IMG/VR virus record: IMGVR_UViG_3300009068_003844
Direction: 5' to 3' (one strand)
DNA: 60,684 nt
Origin: an uncultured virus (IMG/VR IMGVR_UViG_3300009068_003844)
Taxonomy: Duplodnaviria > Heunggongvirae > Uroviricota > Caudoviricetes
Shown: positions 52,708-60,684 of the stretch, one piece after another
Numbering within the stretch: position 1 is the first letter of the stretch
Layout of the letters: each line of letters starts with the position of its first letter
The notes under the pieces: model-generated
Seen by the model: only the letters and a program-made list of their open reading frames with translations
Told to the model about the DNA's origin: nothing
Databases searched by the model: none
Program-made: the position numbers and the translations under genes

Positions 52708-53906
52708 TTACTTAAAATAAGCTCTAATGTTTTTTTTAATTTATTCATATCGATTTTAAAAGAATCGTGTACACTCAAGCCATCTTGTTGAATAGAATAG
52801 TAATATTCTAAATCTGATATTTGACTTATTTTCCAATACATGTGAGGAACATGATGAATGTTGTTGCTCGAAAATATCTCATATATTTTTGCCCCGGGAT
52901 CACAATAAACTAAATTAGTCAAACCAGACCCATGCGGTGACACGACAACTTTAGCTTTGTTAAAACACCTAGCTTGTTCTGATATTAAAAAATTTTCTAA
53001 GTTTACTTTTACAAATCCATAATTAGATAAAAACTCTAATACTTCTTTTTCATTAATAACTTTTCTCCAAGAAGCATTTTCTCTACTTATGTATATTTTA
53101 TCTCCATGATTACCATCATCGTTATTATTTAAGAAGTTTTCTCTCATGAATTTGCAAGCCCAATGTTCGACACTGCATCCTGAGTCATGTGTGTGCGAAG
53201 GGACTATTAATTCATCTGCTTGTATTATCTTGGTGTTGTTTGCTATTATTATCTTATCCCTTGGTATATTCAATAATTCAAAAGTTTGTTGGCAATAATC
53301 ATACAGACAATTATGAACAATAAAATAATCAATATCTTTTAGATCTATTCCGGCATCCTTAACAAGTTGTAGCCTACAAATACTATCAAAGAACCAGTGA
53401 TAATAAACTTTATGACCCCACTCAGAACAAAGCGAGACCACTCTTCCCTTTAATTTAATTGGTTCTGGCAGTATGGTCACGGATGCCAAATTAATCTGTC
53501 CAGATGACAATTGTTTTACTATCTGTTTTCTTTCATTTAAAACTACGGATGTTACACCATATAACCCTTCTTGACCATTAAAATAATTAACTGGATGAAA
53601 TGGATCGTTCCAAGATATTCCATTTTTAATCACAGATAAATAACTTTCATTGTTTCTGAACGGATAGTCAAACTTATTTGATCTGGTCTGATCTAGCGTG
53701 TAACATTTTTTTGACTCTTTCCATTTTTTATGCAGTTTTATAACTTCGTATTCGTCTAAACTTACTATTTCATTTATTGGCTTATTAAATAATTCCCGAA
53801 ATTCAGGTTTCTCGAAGTTTATATTTTCTGTGAAATTAATCTTTAATTTTTCAATAAGTAAATCTATGTTTTTTTCCATATAATATATTATAGTAATTAA
53901 AGCCAA
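52695..53906 (-). CDS. glycosyltransferase family 61 (DUF563)
   Basis: 'YYHWFFD', 'KIYISRENASWRKVINE', 'VVSPHGSGLTN'. Confidence 0.85.
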   Translation of the reverse strand: MALITIIYYMEKNIDLLIEKLKINFTENINFEKPEFRELFNKPINEIVSLDEYEVIKLHKKWKESKKCYTLDQTRSNKFDYPFRNNESYLSVIKNGISWNDPFHPVNYFNGQEGLYGVTSVVLNERKQIVKQLSSGQINLASVTILPEPIKLKGRVVSLCSEWGHKVYYHWFFDSICRLQLVKDAGIDLKDIDYFIVHNCLYDYCQQTFELLNIPRDKIIIANNTKIIQADELIVPSHTHDSGCSVEHWACKFMRENFLNNNDDGNHGDKIYISRENASWRKVINEKEVLEFLSNYGFVKVNLENFLISEQARCFNKAKVVVSPHGSGLTNLVYCDPGAKIYEIFSSNNIHHVPHMYWKISQISDLEYYYSIQQDGLSVHDSFKIDMNKLKKTLELILSNQIA

Positions 53907-54487
53907 AGGCTAATTGGGCACCAAACCTTATTGCTCAATCCTATTTTTCTGAGACCAATATTAACCCAATTATTGCAGGTGTATATGCAACTATACCTTA
54001 ATGAAGAAGAATAGAAATCTCCTTTTTGATAATATGTTTTAAGTTTTTTAATTTTTTTAAAACTCTTAAATGAAACTAAAACATAGTTTCTCAATATTGA
54101 TAATTGACTTTTATTTATTTTATACTTTTTAATTTTTTTATTTATTGGTAATTCATCAACATACTCTATTCTAATGATACTTGGGTTAAGTCCAAAAAAA
54201 GCTTTTATAAAGTTAATTGGTTTTAATTTATCCCAAGAACTTGTTTCTAAAAATATTTTACGATCTCCCCATCCGATGATTACATATTTCCTATTGGTAT
54301 CAAACAATCCTTTCCAATATTTAGATTCAAAGACAAAATCTGAATGGATATTATCTTTAACGACAAATAGGTTTATATTACCTTTAACATTCTTTAGAAA
54401 AAATGGATAACGCAACAATACAGAAAAAAAACAAAGTATAATGTATATTAAAAAAGGAGTTAAGAATAAAAGAGATATAATAATCAT
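53897..54487 (-). CDS. DUF2459-like protein
   Basis: 'IHSDFV', 'IGWGDRKIFLET', 'YTCNNWVN'. Confidence 0.7.
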   Translation of the reverse strand: MIIISLLFLTPFLIYIILCFFSVLLRYPFFLKNVKGNINLFVVKDNIHSDFVFESKYWKGLFDTNRKYVIIGWGDRKIFLETSSWDKLKPINFIKAFFGLNPSIIRIEYVDELPINKKIKKYKINKSQLSILRNYVLVSFKSFKKIKKLKTYYQKGDFYSSSLRYSCIYTCNNWVNIGLRKIGLSNKVWCPISLWL

Positions 54488-54813
54488 TTATTTTTTGACA
54501 CCCAAAATACAAAGTCGTTGTCCTCATCACTCCAGCAACACTCTATTATTCCCTTGGCTGCTAATTTAGATAATCCTGCGTCCATTATCATTCCTTGTAT
54601 GTCTTCACATGCATCAAACAATCCTTCTTCATCAATTACTGGTTTGTTGTTCTTTACGCTCGATGAGTGCTCTATTATTAAGCCTTTTACTTGATTAATA
54701 GTTATATAACTATCAATATCCTCGGTATCATCTGCTCCCATATTGCGTGCGACTATCTCTCTTATTTCTTTTGCAAACTCATCAAACTCGTTTATGATAT
54801 ATTTTTCTTTCAT
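54484..54813 (-). CDS. hypothetical protein; C-terminus resembles that of the 10471-10851 gene
   Basis: 'LSKLAAKGIIECCWSDEDNDFVF' vs 'LNIMAREDVLDCSFDNDTNDFHF'. Confidence 0.6.
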   Translation of the reverse strand: MKEKYIINEFDEFAKEIREIVARNMGADDTEDIDSYITINQVKGLIIEHSSSVKNNKPVIDEEGLFDACEDIQGMIMDAGLSKLAAKGIIECCWSDEDNDFVFWVSKNK

Positions 54814-54816
54814 TAA

Positions 54817-56100
54817 TTATTTTCTTTTAATAAAAACTCTATTCTCGAGAAATTCAACAAACTTTAAAGCGTCTTCTGCTTGATATTGAGCACTAGGATT
54901 CGAAGATGATCTAAAAACCTTTATATCATCTTTTATCTTTTCTTTAATTTTTTGTATCAAATCTTTAATGTCTTCTACTGGGTCATTAGGATCAGAAGAC
55001 ACCATATCAACGTAATAAAAAAACGTGTAATAAGAACCAGGAGCGTATCCTTTTTTGACTTTAAATTCTATTTTTTTAGTACTTGGATAATAATTGATTA
55101 TGAACTTTGTATTATTTTTATAATTCTTTTCTATTATCCCAGGATATTCTTTGTCGTATTTAAGACCATAAGTATTGGATATAGCTTCCATCTTGCTGTA
55201 ATTATTTGATAATACAGGCTTTCTTTCATTTTTTTCTGTCTTGAGGAAACTTTTAATTTCCTCAATAACTTCAACTAAGTCATCATTATTTTCTATAACA
55301 AATTGTTTTTTAAATTCATCTTTATATCCATATATTGAAACCCAAACATTATTAGGATGTTCTTTGGAGTTGGATAATTCTATTGTTGAATATCTATCTT
55401 TATCTCTAAGTGTTATTTCTGTTCTACCTTCACTTTGCCACCCCCTTGATTTTTTCTTAAATAATTGGTAATCAGGAAAGTTTTTAGCTATAGAATATAA
55501 TATTTTATAATTACCATCATTAGTTATTAAATCTACAACTCTATACGACTTGGGATCTAAATAAACAACTTGATTGGGTTCATTGCTATGAATTACACCC
55601 AACCCAGGATCATATAAAACGTTATACCCAGTCTTTTTAAAGAAACTGTTCCAGGAAGAGTTTCTGGGTAGTCCTTTTTGATTTCTTATTCGTTCCAGAA
55701 CTCCCCAAAAAAGATGACCAGGAGAATCCATGTTTGACTTGTGATAAACCTCATCGCTATCTAAAAGGCTTTTATCTATTCCCATATCACTTAAAAGCTT
55801 CTCGGCGGTAATCCTGTCCATATCGAGATTTAAAACTCTTGCACTTTCTGATGGCTCGATTAAAAACGCATAAGGGTAACTTGCAAACATATTATTTTTA
55901 AACAAACCATGACCCAAGACATAATCTTTTGGGAAAACATAAACTCCTATTGGGTCGAAGTGGCTCGGATTTGGATTTAAACTCAAGAAGTCTGTTTTTG
56001 AAAAATGAACCCCAGAGTACAGTCCTTTTAACTGTTTAACTTTTTCAAATAATGCTGGTGAGGATACTTCGCTTCTTTCAAGCCAAACTTTAAAACTCAT
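54817..56100 (-). CDS. hypothetical protein with capsid-targeting-like N-terminus
   Basis: MSFKVWLERSE; 427 aa. Confidence 0.65.
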   Translation of the reverse strand: MSFKVWLERSEVSSPALFEKVKQLKGLYSGVHFSKTDFLSLNPNPSHFDPIGVYVFPKDYVLGHGLFKNNMFASYPYAFLIEPSESARVLNLDMDRITAEKLLSDMGIDKSLLDSDEVYHKSNMDSPGHLFWGVLERIRNQKGLPRNSSWNSFFKKTGYNVLYDPGLGVIHSNEPNQVVYLDPKSYRVVDLITNDGNYKILYSIAKNFPDYQLFKKKSRGWQSEGRTEITLRDKDRYSTIELSNSKEHPNNVWVSIYGYKDEFKKQFVIENNDDLVEVIEEIKSFLKTEKNERKPVLSNNYSKMEAISNTYGLKYDKEYPGIIEKNYKNNTKFIINYYPSTKKIEFKVKKGYAPGSYYTFFYYVDMVSSDPNDPVEDIKDLIQKIKEKIKDDIKVFRSSSNPSAQYQAEDALKFVEFLENRVFIKRK

Positions 56101-56108
56101 AATACTAT

Positions 56109-57188
56109 TTATGAAACCAGTGATACAAATTCTTCGAATTTATAGTTGGGAAATTCGTCCACATACTTAACATGCACATTTATTGGGGATTCAATCCAAC
56201 TTTTTATGAAATCTTTGAGTTCACTCTCTTTGTTTCCAAGGTTTTCAGAGATTATTTGTATTTCAAGATCCCCCAGGGTGGTTTGTATTATCTTAAACCT
56301 TTTAATTCCAAACTTCTCATAATAGTCTCTGCTTCCTATAAGTGGCCATTTTTTGTCTCCATTTGGAAGAACAAACATATTTCTTACTCTACCGTGGATT
56401 TTTTTGATTGTTTGGAGTTTTCTGCCGCATGTGCATTCTCCAAGTTCTATATGGTCTCCATGCTTATATCTTTTTATGTAAGGATTGGTGGTAGTAGTTA
56501 TTATTATTCCACCATCTTCGTCAACCTCTACAATTTGATTCTCCATCACATGCTGAACAGAGGGGTTGTCTGGGCACTGGATGCTTATTGTTCCGCACTC
56601 CTCGCTGGAGTACATGGACCCTCCCATTTCACTTGTTCCTTTATAATCGATTAAATTTGAAATTTTTGATAAGTCTAACTGGGCGACAATGGATGGAGCA
56701 CAATGCAAGTAATGAGGATTTTTTTCCTCTAACCATTTCTGTAGTTCCGAGACAGAGGAATAGCCTATTTTAAAAGTTTTACCCTGAGTATTTTCTATGT
56801 TCCTTGGTATGCCCCATGAATTCATATCAAGAGTTTTAGAGCCCGGCCTGATAATGGCTATGTTCTTTGACACATCCCATTTTCTCCATTTAATTTCTCT
56901 TATGTTGGTTGCTAAATACCAAATAAAATCCAATGAAGTTTTTGCAATAGTAACAGGCTCGCCGGTCGAACCAGATGTTCTTGTTCGAGACAAGTCTTTT
57001 CTCATCTCCACTTTTCTTAGATCTTCTCTGGTCATAACTTTAAAATTTTTTAAATATTCATAATTAACTTTGTGGTTCCATTGAGATTCTTCGAAAATAT
57101 CAAGTAATTTTTTCACATTATCATAAATTGTTTTGTTCACAGAATCTCCAAATATAAAAAGAGTATTCGTCAAATTTAATATATTCAC
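56109..57188 (-). CDS. phenylacetate-CoA ligase/CapK-like adenylate-forming enzyme
   Basis: 'TSGSTGEP', 'YSSEECG', 'RYKHGD..CTCGR..GRVRN'; true start may be GTG near 57140. Confidence 0.8.
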   Translation of the reverse strand: MNILNLTNTLFIFGDSVNKTIYDNVKKLLDIFEESQWNHKVNYEYLKNFKVMTREDLRKVEMRKDLSRTRTSGSTGEPVTIAKTSLDFIWYLATNIREIKWRKWDVSKNIAIIRPGSKTLDMNSWGIPRNIENTQGKTFKIGYSSVSELQKWLEEKNPHYLHCAPSIVAQLDLSKISNLIDYKGTSEMGGSMYSSEECGTISIQCPDNPSVQHVMENQIVEVDEDGGIIITTTTNPYIKRYKHGDHIELGECTCGRKLQTIKKIHGRVRNMFVLPNGDKKWPLIGSRDYYEKFGIKRFKIIQTTLGDLEIQIISENLGNKESELKDFIKSWIESPINVHVKYVDEFPNYKFEEFVSLVS

Positions 57189-57600
57189 TAGGCTTTATAA
57201 GAAAATCATTTTCGCTTGGGAAGTGATTGGCTATCTTCATTGGTTTCAACTTATAGTTAAAACTTCTTGTTATAAATACATCAGAAAATTTACTACACAT
57301 ATTTAAAACATTGTCGCAAAGTTCTTTTGTAAAATTTAATACACCATCACCAATAATATTGCTGTATTTTTTCTTATTATTAATCCAATTACCGACTATT
57401 ACAGTAGATGAATTATACCAAGGATCAATATCCATTTGATGATCACTAAACTCTATGAGTCTATGTGTGCAGCCGAGAAGTAGAATTTTTCCAGGGATCA
57501 AATGACTTCTATATATTTTCACGTCACCATCTGAGGGCGATAATGGATGAGGCAAAGAAACAGACCAATAATTTTTATTTATTTTTTTATTACTGCGCAC
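57121..57600 (-). CDS. hypothetical protein, possibly methyltransferase-like
   Basis: 'ILLLGCT', 'NIIGDGVLNF'. Confidence 0.45.
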   Translation of the reverse strand: MRSNKKINKNYWSVSLPHPLSPSDGDVKIYRSHLIPGKILLLGCTHRLIEFSDHQMDIDPWYNSSTVIVGNWINNKKKYSNIIGDGVLNFTKELCDNVLNMCSKFSDVFITRSFNYKLKPMKIANHFPSENDFLIKPSEYIKFDEYSFYIWRFCEQNNL

Positions 57601-57630
57601 TAAATAACTGAGTAGATAACAGGAGAAAAA

Positions 57631-58173
57631 ATGAAATTAATTTTACCTAAAAATTGGGAGATAGTCTCAGAAATAATAAATTTTATACCCAATAGCGTGG
57701 TTGCTGGTAGTCTGGTCGATAGAATACATTTGTCTGGTGCCGGCTCATTTTTCGGTGTATTTAAAGATATTGATTTAGAAATAGATAAGCAAGATTATCA
57801 ATTATTGTTGTCTAAGTGCGGAATACCCTACGAAGAGGGAAACTTTGCATCCGAGATAAGTTATCAAGATTTACATATAAAATTAGTTAAATTTGATCTT
57901 CATCCTGAAGTCAAAATATATATTGGTTCATATAAGAAAATGCCAATAGACATATTTGTCTTAGAGAATAAGAGAGCATATCAAGAATCAGTAATAAATG
58001 GTTTTAATATAAGGCATCAAACAGTTGAGTCTAGACAAGAAGTGATAGACAAAATACTGAATATAGGTCCAATGAGATCCCGCAGCAAGTTAATGGAGAA
58101 TCTCTGGCTTTGCCGAAAGAAAACATCGCTTTTGAATAAGAGAAAAGCTTTAAACGCCAAATTCAAGAAATAA
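57631..58173 (+). CDS. nucleotidyltransferase-like protein
   Basis: 'VAGS..DIDLEI..IDIF' polymerase-beta-like pattern. Confidence 0.5.
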   Translation: MKLILPKNWEIVSEIINFIPNSVVAGSLVDRIHLSGAGSFFGVFKDIDLEIDKQDYQLLLSKCGIPYEEGNFASEISYQDLHIKLVKFDLHPEVKIYIGSYKKMPIDIFVLENKRAYQESVINGFNIRHQTVESRQEVIDKILNIGPMRSRSKLMENLWLCRKKTSLLNKRKALNAKFKK

Positions 58174-58182
58174 AGAGGAAAT

Positions 58183-60684
58183 ATGACAAGTATAAATAAA
58201 AATTTATCCAATTTAAACTCAAAATATCACGAAATAACGAATAGTATAGACAACTTATTCTATTTCAGTGACGACCCAGCAGTCAGTGATTTGGGATCGA
58301 CAAATGTTTCATCGATATCTGTCCAATCTGATGGCAAACTAATTTTAGCAGGAGTTTTTGGAGAAGATATAAGAGGAGCGTGGGGGACTACTTTTTTCTT
58401 TGAGCATGGGTATGGAGTTATTAGAATCAACCAAGATGGCACTGTCGATGAAACTTTTCAAGCTCCGCAATTTGGAGATTGGTTCAACTTTGGAGAAGGA
58501 TCCAATGGCGGAGGTGGCGGGGGACAAAGCCTGTCAACAGCGATACAATCTGATGGTAAGATACTCGTAGGAGGCAATTTTGAATTCATCGCTGCATCTG
58601 GTGACGTTGAGCATCGTAATATAGTCAGATTAAACACGGATGGATCTATAGACCCAACATTTTCAGTTTCTTTTGATTACTCAATACATCAATTAAATGT
58701 AACAGAGGATGATTCTATAATTGTAAATAGTTGGGCAGACACTTTTAATACGCATACAAATAATTATGAAAATAATTCTGTCAGTACTCCAGTTGCCTCT
58801 GTTTGCAAAATACTCAGCGATGCAAATGCAGATGTTCCGGGCGAACTAGATATCACCTTTAATAGTAACTTTTTGGATTTATATGACTCAGGTTCAAATT
58901 ATCAATTTAATGAAAATAATACAGAAATAGCAAAGGTTCTAAGTAACGGGAAAATACTAGTTCCAACATACTCAGAATTATTGTCAAAGACAATTTTGAT
59001 TTTAATGAACTCGGACGCAAGCGATGCAGTTGAAATTGATATTTCTATTAATGCAGATGGTCCTTTTCCTGGGATTTTTTGTTTTCACGAAGAATCTAGC
59101 GGAGACGTTTTGATCGGAGGATATTTTAATTTATTAAATGCAGAAGACGGCGATTCACGCTATGATCTAATGCGTTTAAAATCTGATGGGAACGGTGGAT
59201 TCCAAGGATTTGACATGGATTTTGCGCCCGGTTTTGAAATTGGAGACGGTATTGACTGGCTGCCTCGTGGTGTATATGCGATAGACACCCAAGACGATGG
59301 CAAGATATTAGTGGGCGGATTTTTTAATAATCTCCTATACGGCCAGGAATTAATTCCCAGCAGAAATATATGCAGATTAAACACAGATGGCACATTAGAT
59401 AGTTCGTTTGCAACTTCAACTTCTTTTGATTTCGGAGTAACTCAAATAAAATATTTGGGAGACAATAGCATATGGGCTGCCGGACTGTTCTCTAAACCCA
59501 GAAGAAATATTGTAAAATTAAATCATTTAGGTGTTCCCGGCAGCTTTGGATTGCCAATAGAAGTCAACACTCTTGGAATTAAAGATGGGGGAAATGATTT
59601 ATATGATTGGGGAAATTTCATTAACACGGACGTCCATCTATATGTCATCGATGGTAACGAAGAAGTTGTGCCCCCATACAGCGAATTAAAAGAGGGAGGA
59701 ATATTTGGACAAGATTCCTATGAGCCTGGGGTCACTTTTTACGCCACGCCCTCCACTCACACACAAGCAGCCTATCAATCTAATTATGATTTTGATAATA
59801 TTTATTATTACGGTTATAAACCAACAGTATTCGACGGAGAAGTCAAAAGTGGAACAGATTATTTTGGAGAAGGAAGCAGTTATTTCACCAATATGTATCC
59901 AGGATTATTTGTTTTGGTTGCAAGAAATATAAACATGGGAGAATTTTCAATAACTGGTGCTGCGGGCAATGGAGAAAGAACAATATCTGCTGATGTGTTT
60001 GAGGTAAGTTCTAGGGGGAAGGGTTACTCATGTTACCTAAAATGCTCTTTTGATGCGCCCACATCAAATCCTCTTGATGATCCTTCGTTGAGCCATATAA
60101 TTATAGTTCCGGGAAGTCCGGATGGAATAACTCAACTATACGACGAAACGTCAGAATTTGATGACCATTGTCTACAGGGTTTATCTGATAGGAAGGATAT
60201 TTACTATTTAATAGTAAGCCTTGGAAATAATACTGAGCTTACAACAGAAAATGCTACCATAGTGGCCAAAAAATTCTTAGATGTTATCTACGATGAAGTT
60301 GAGCCAAAATCTTGTGGAAGCACAAATTGTGATACAAATATAAGATGTTTAAAACATAATAAAGATTTGAAAATAGGTTCAACTTTAAACTCGTGTGGAT
60401 GCTCTACATGGAAATATGTAGATCCGGGCACAAAGTTAAAAGGATCCCTATCATCTGGGTCATCCCGAAGAGGAGCGTGGATCCCAGCAGTAACGGTATG
60501 CTCACAAGTATTGTATTCATATCCTTCTAAAGTTGTATCTTCGACAACAGTAGCCCCAACTACCACAACAGTAGCCCCAACTACCACAACAGTAGCCCCA
60601 ACTACCACAACAGTAGCCCCAACTACCACAACAGTAGCCCCAACTACCACAACAGTAGCCCCAACTACCACAACAGTAGCCCCA
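58183..60684 (+). CDS. second delta-60 repeat protein (paralog of 49213-52707), runs off the window; absent from the ORF track
   Basis: ATG at 58183 after GAGGA; in-frame at the points I sampled: 'IQSDGKILVGGNF', 'TQDDGKILVGGF', 'YFTNMYPGLFVLVA'; ends in (TTVAPTT)n. Confidence 0.85.
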   Translation, partial: MTSINKNLSNLNSKYHEITNSIDNLFYFSDDPAVSDLGSTNVSSISVQSDGKLILAGVFGEDIRGAWGTTFFFEHGYGVIRINQDGTVDETFQAPQFGDWFNFGEGSNGGGGGGQSLSTAIQSDGKILVGGNFEFIAASGDVEHRNIVRLNTDGSIDPTFSVSFDYSIHQLNVTEDDSIIVNSWADTFNTHTNNYENNSVSTPVASVCKILSDANADVPGELDITFNSNFLDLYDSGSNYQFNENNTEIAKVLSNGKILVPTYSELLSKTILILMNSDASDAVEIDISINADGPFPGIFCFHEESSGDVLIGGYFNLLNAEDGDSRYDLMRLKSDGNGGFQGFDMDFAPGFEIGDGIDWLPRGVYAIDTQDDGKILVGGFFNNLLYGQELIPSRNICRLNTDGTLDSSFATSTSFDFGVTQIKYLGDNSIWAAGLFSKPRRNIVKLNHLGVPGSFGLPIEVNTLGIKDGGNDLYDWGNFINTDVHLYVIDGNEEVVPPYSELKEGGIFGQDSYEPGVTFYATPSTHTQAAYQSNYDFDNIYYYGYKPTVFDGEVKSGTDYFGEGSSYFTNMYPGLFVLVARNINMGEFSITGAAGNGERTISADVFEVSSRGKGYSCYLKCSFDAPTSNPLDDPSLSHIIIVPGSPDGITQLYDETSEFDDHCLQGLSDRKDIYYLIVSLGNNTELTTENATIVAKKFLDVIYDEVEPKSCGSTNCDTNIRCLKHNKDLKIGSTLNSCGCSTWKYVDPGTKLKGSLSSGSSRRGAWIPAVTVCSQVLYSYPSKVVSSTTVAPTTTTVAPTTTTVAPTTTTVAPTTTTVAPTTTTVAPTTTTVAP
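60544..60684 (+). repeat. perfect 21-bp tandem repeat encoding mucin-like TTVAPTT (at least 6.7 copies, cut by the window edge)
   Basis: ACAACAGTAGCCCCAACTACC repeated. Confidence 0.95.

Noticed and set aside
60288..60671. Minus-strand ORF with VVVGATV repeats
   Set aside because: Antisense reading of the TTVAPTT repeat in the long + strand gene starting at 58183
1..60684. Stop-codon reassignment as the cause of the many short ORFs
   Set aside because: Recognisable genes are full length in the standard code, all three stops are used at gene ends, and the short ORFs mostly have their own RBS

Overview
This window looks like part of a large, AT-rich tailed-phage genome. The evidence is densely packed small ORFs, phage-style tRNA genes, free-standing HNH endonucleases and many proteins with T4-like capsid-targeting N-termini; I saw no rRNA or bacterial housekeeping operons. 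Several host-type protein motifs point to a Planctomycetota host (inference). The dominant structure is a polarized array at about 26.2-42.8 kb: about 45 copies (counted by eye) of the motif [G/A]GTACGGT, all on the + strand, each heading a small gene, tRNA or structured RNA, with 4 outlier copies further left. Upstream genes often end inside the motif, and neighbouring copies share flanks, which suggests promoter-delimited, shuffleable cassettes. Six paralogous small HTH genes are each headed by this motif; three are near-identical, GC-rich units with a leader hairpin and a terminator. Other highlights: a group I intron in tRNA-Gln(UUG) next to an HNH gene, non-canonical tRNA-like RNAs, a 34-bp repeat family around the tRNA-Thr/Gln locus, tandem 11-7-11 palindromes at the array's left edge, a dispersed glycosyl/methyl/sulfo-transferase set, and two delta-60-repeat proteins, one running into a mucin-like Thr-rich repeat. 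All calls come from reading the sequence by eye; no searches were run.
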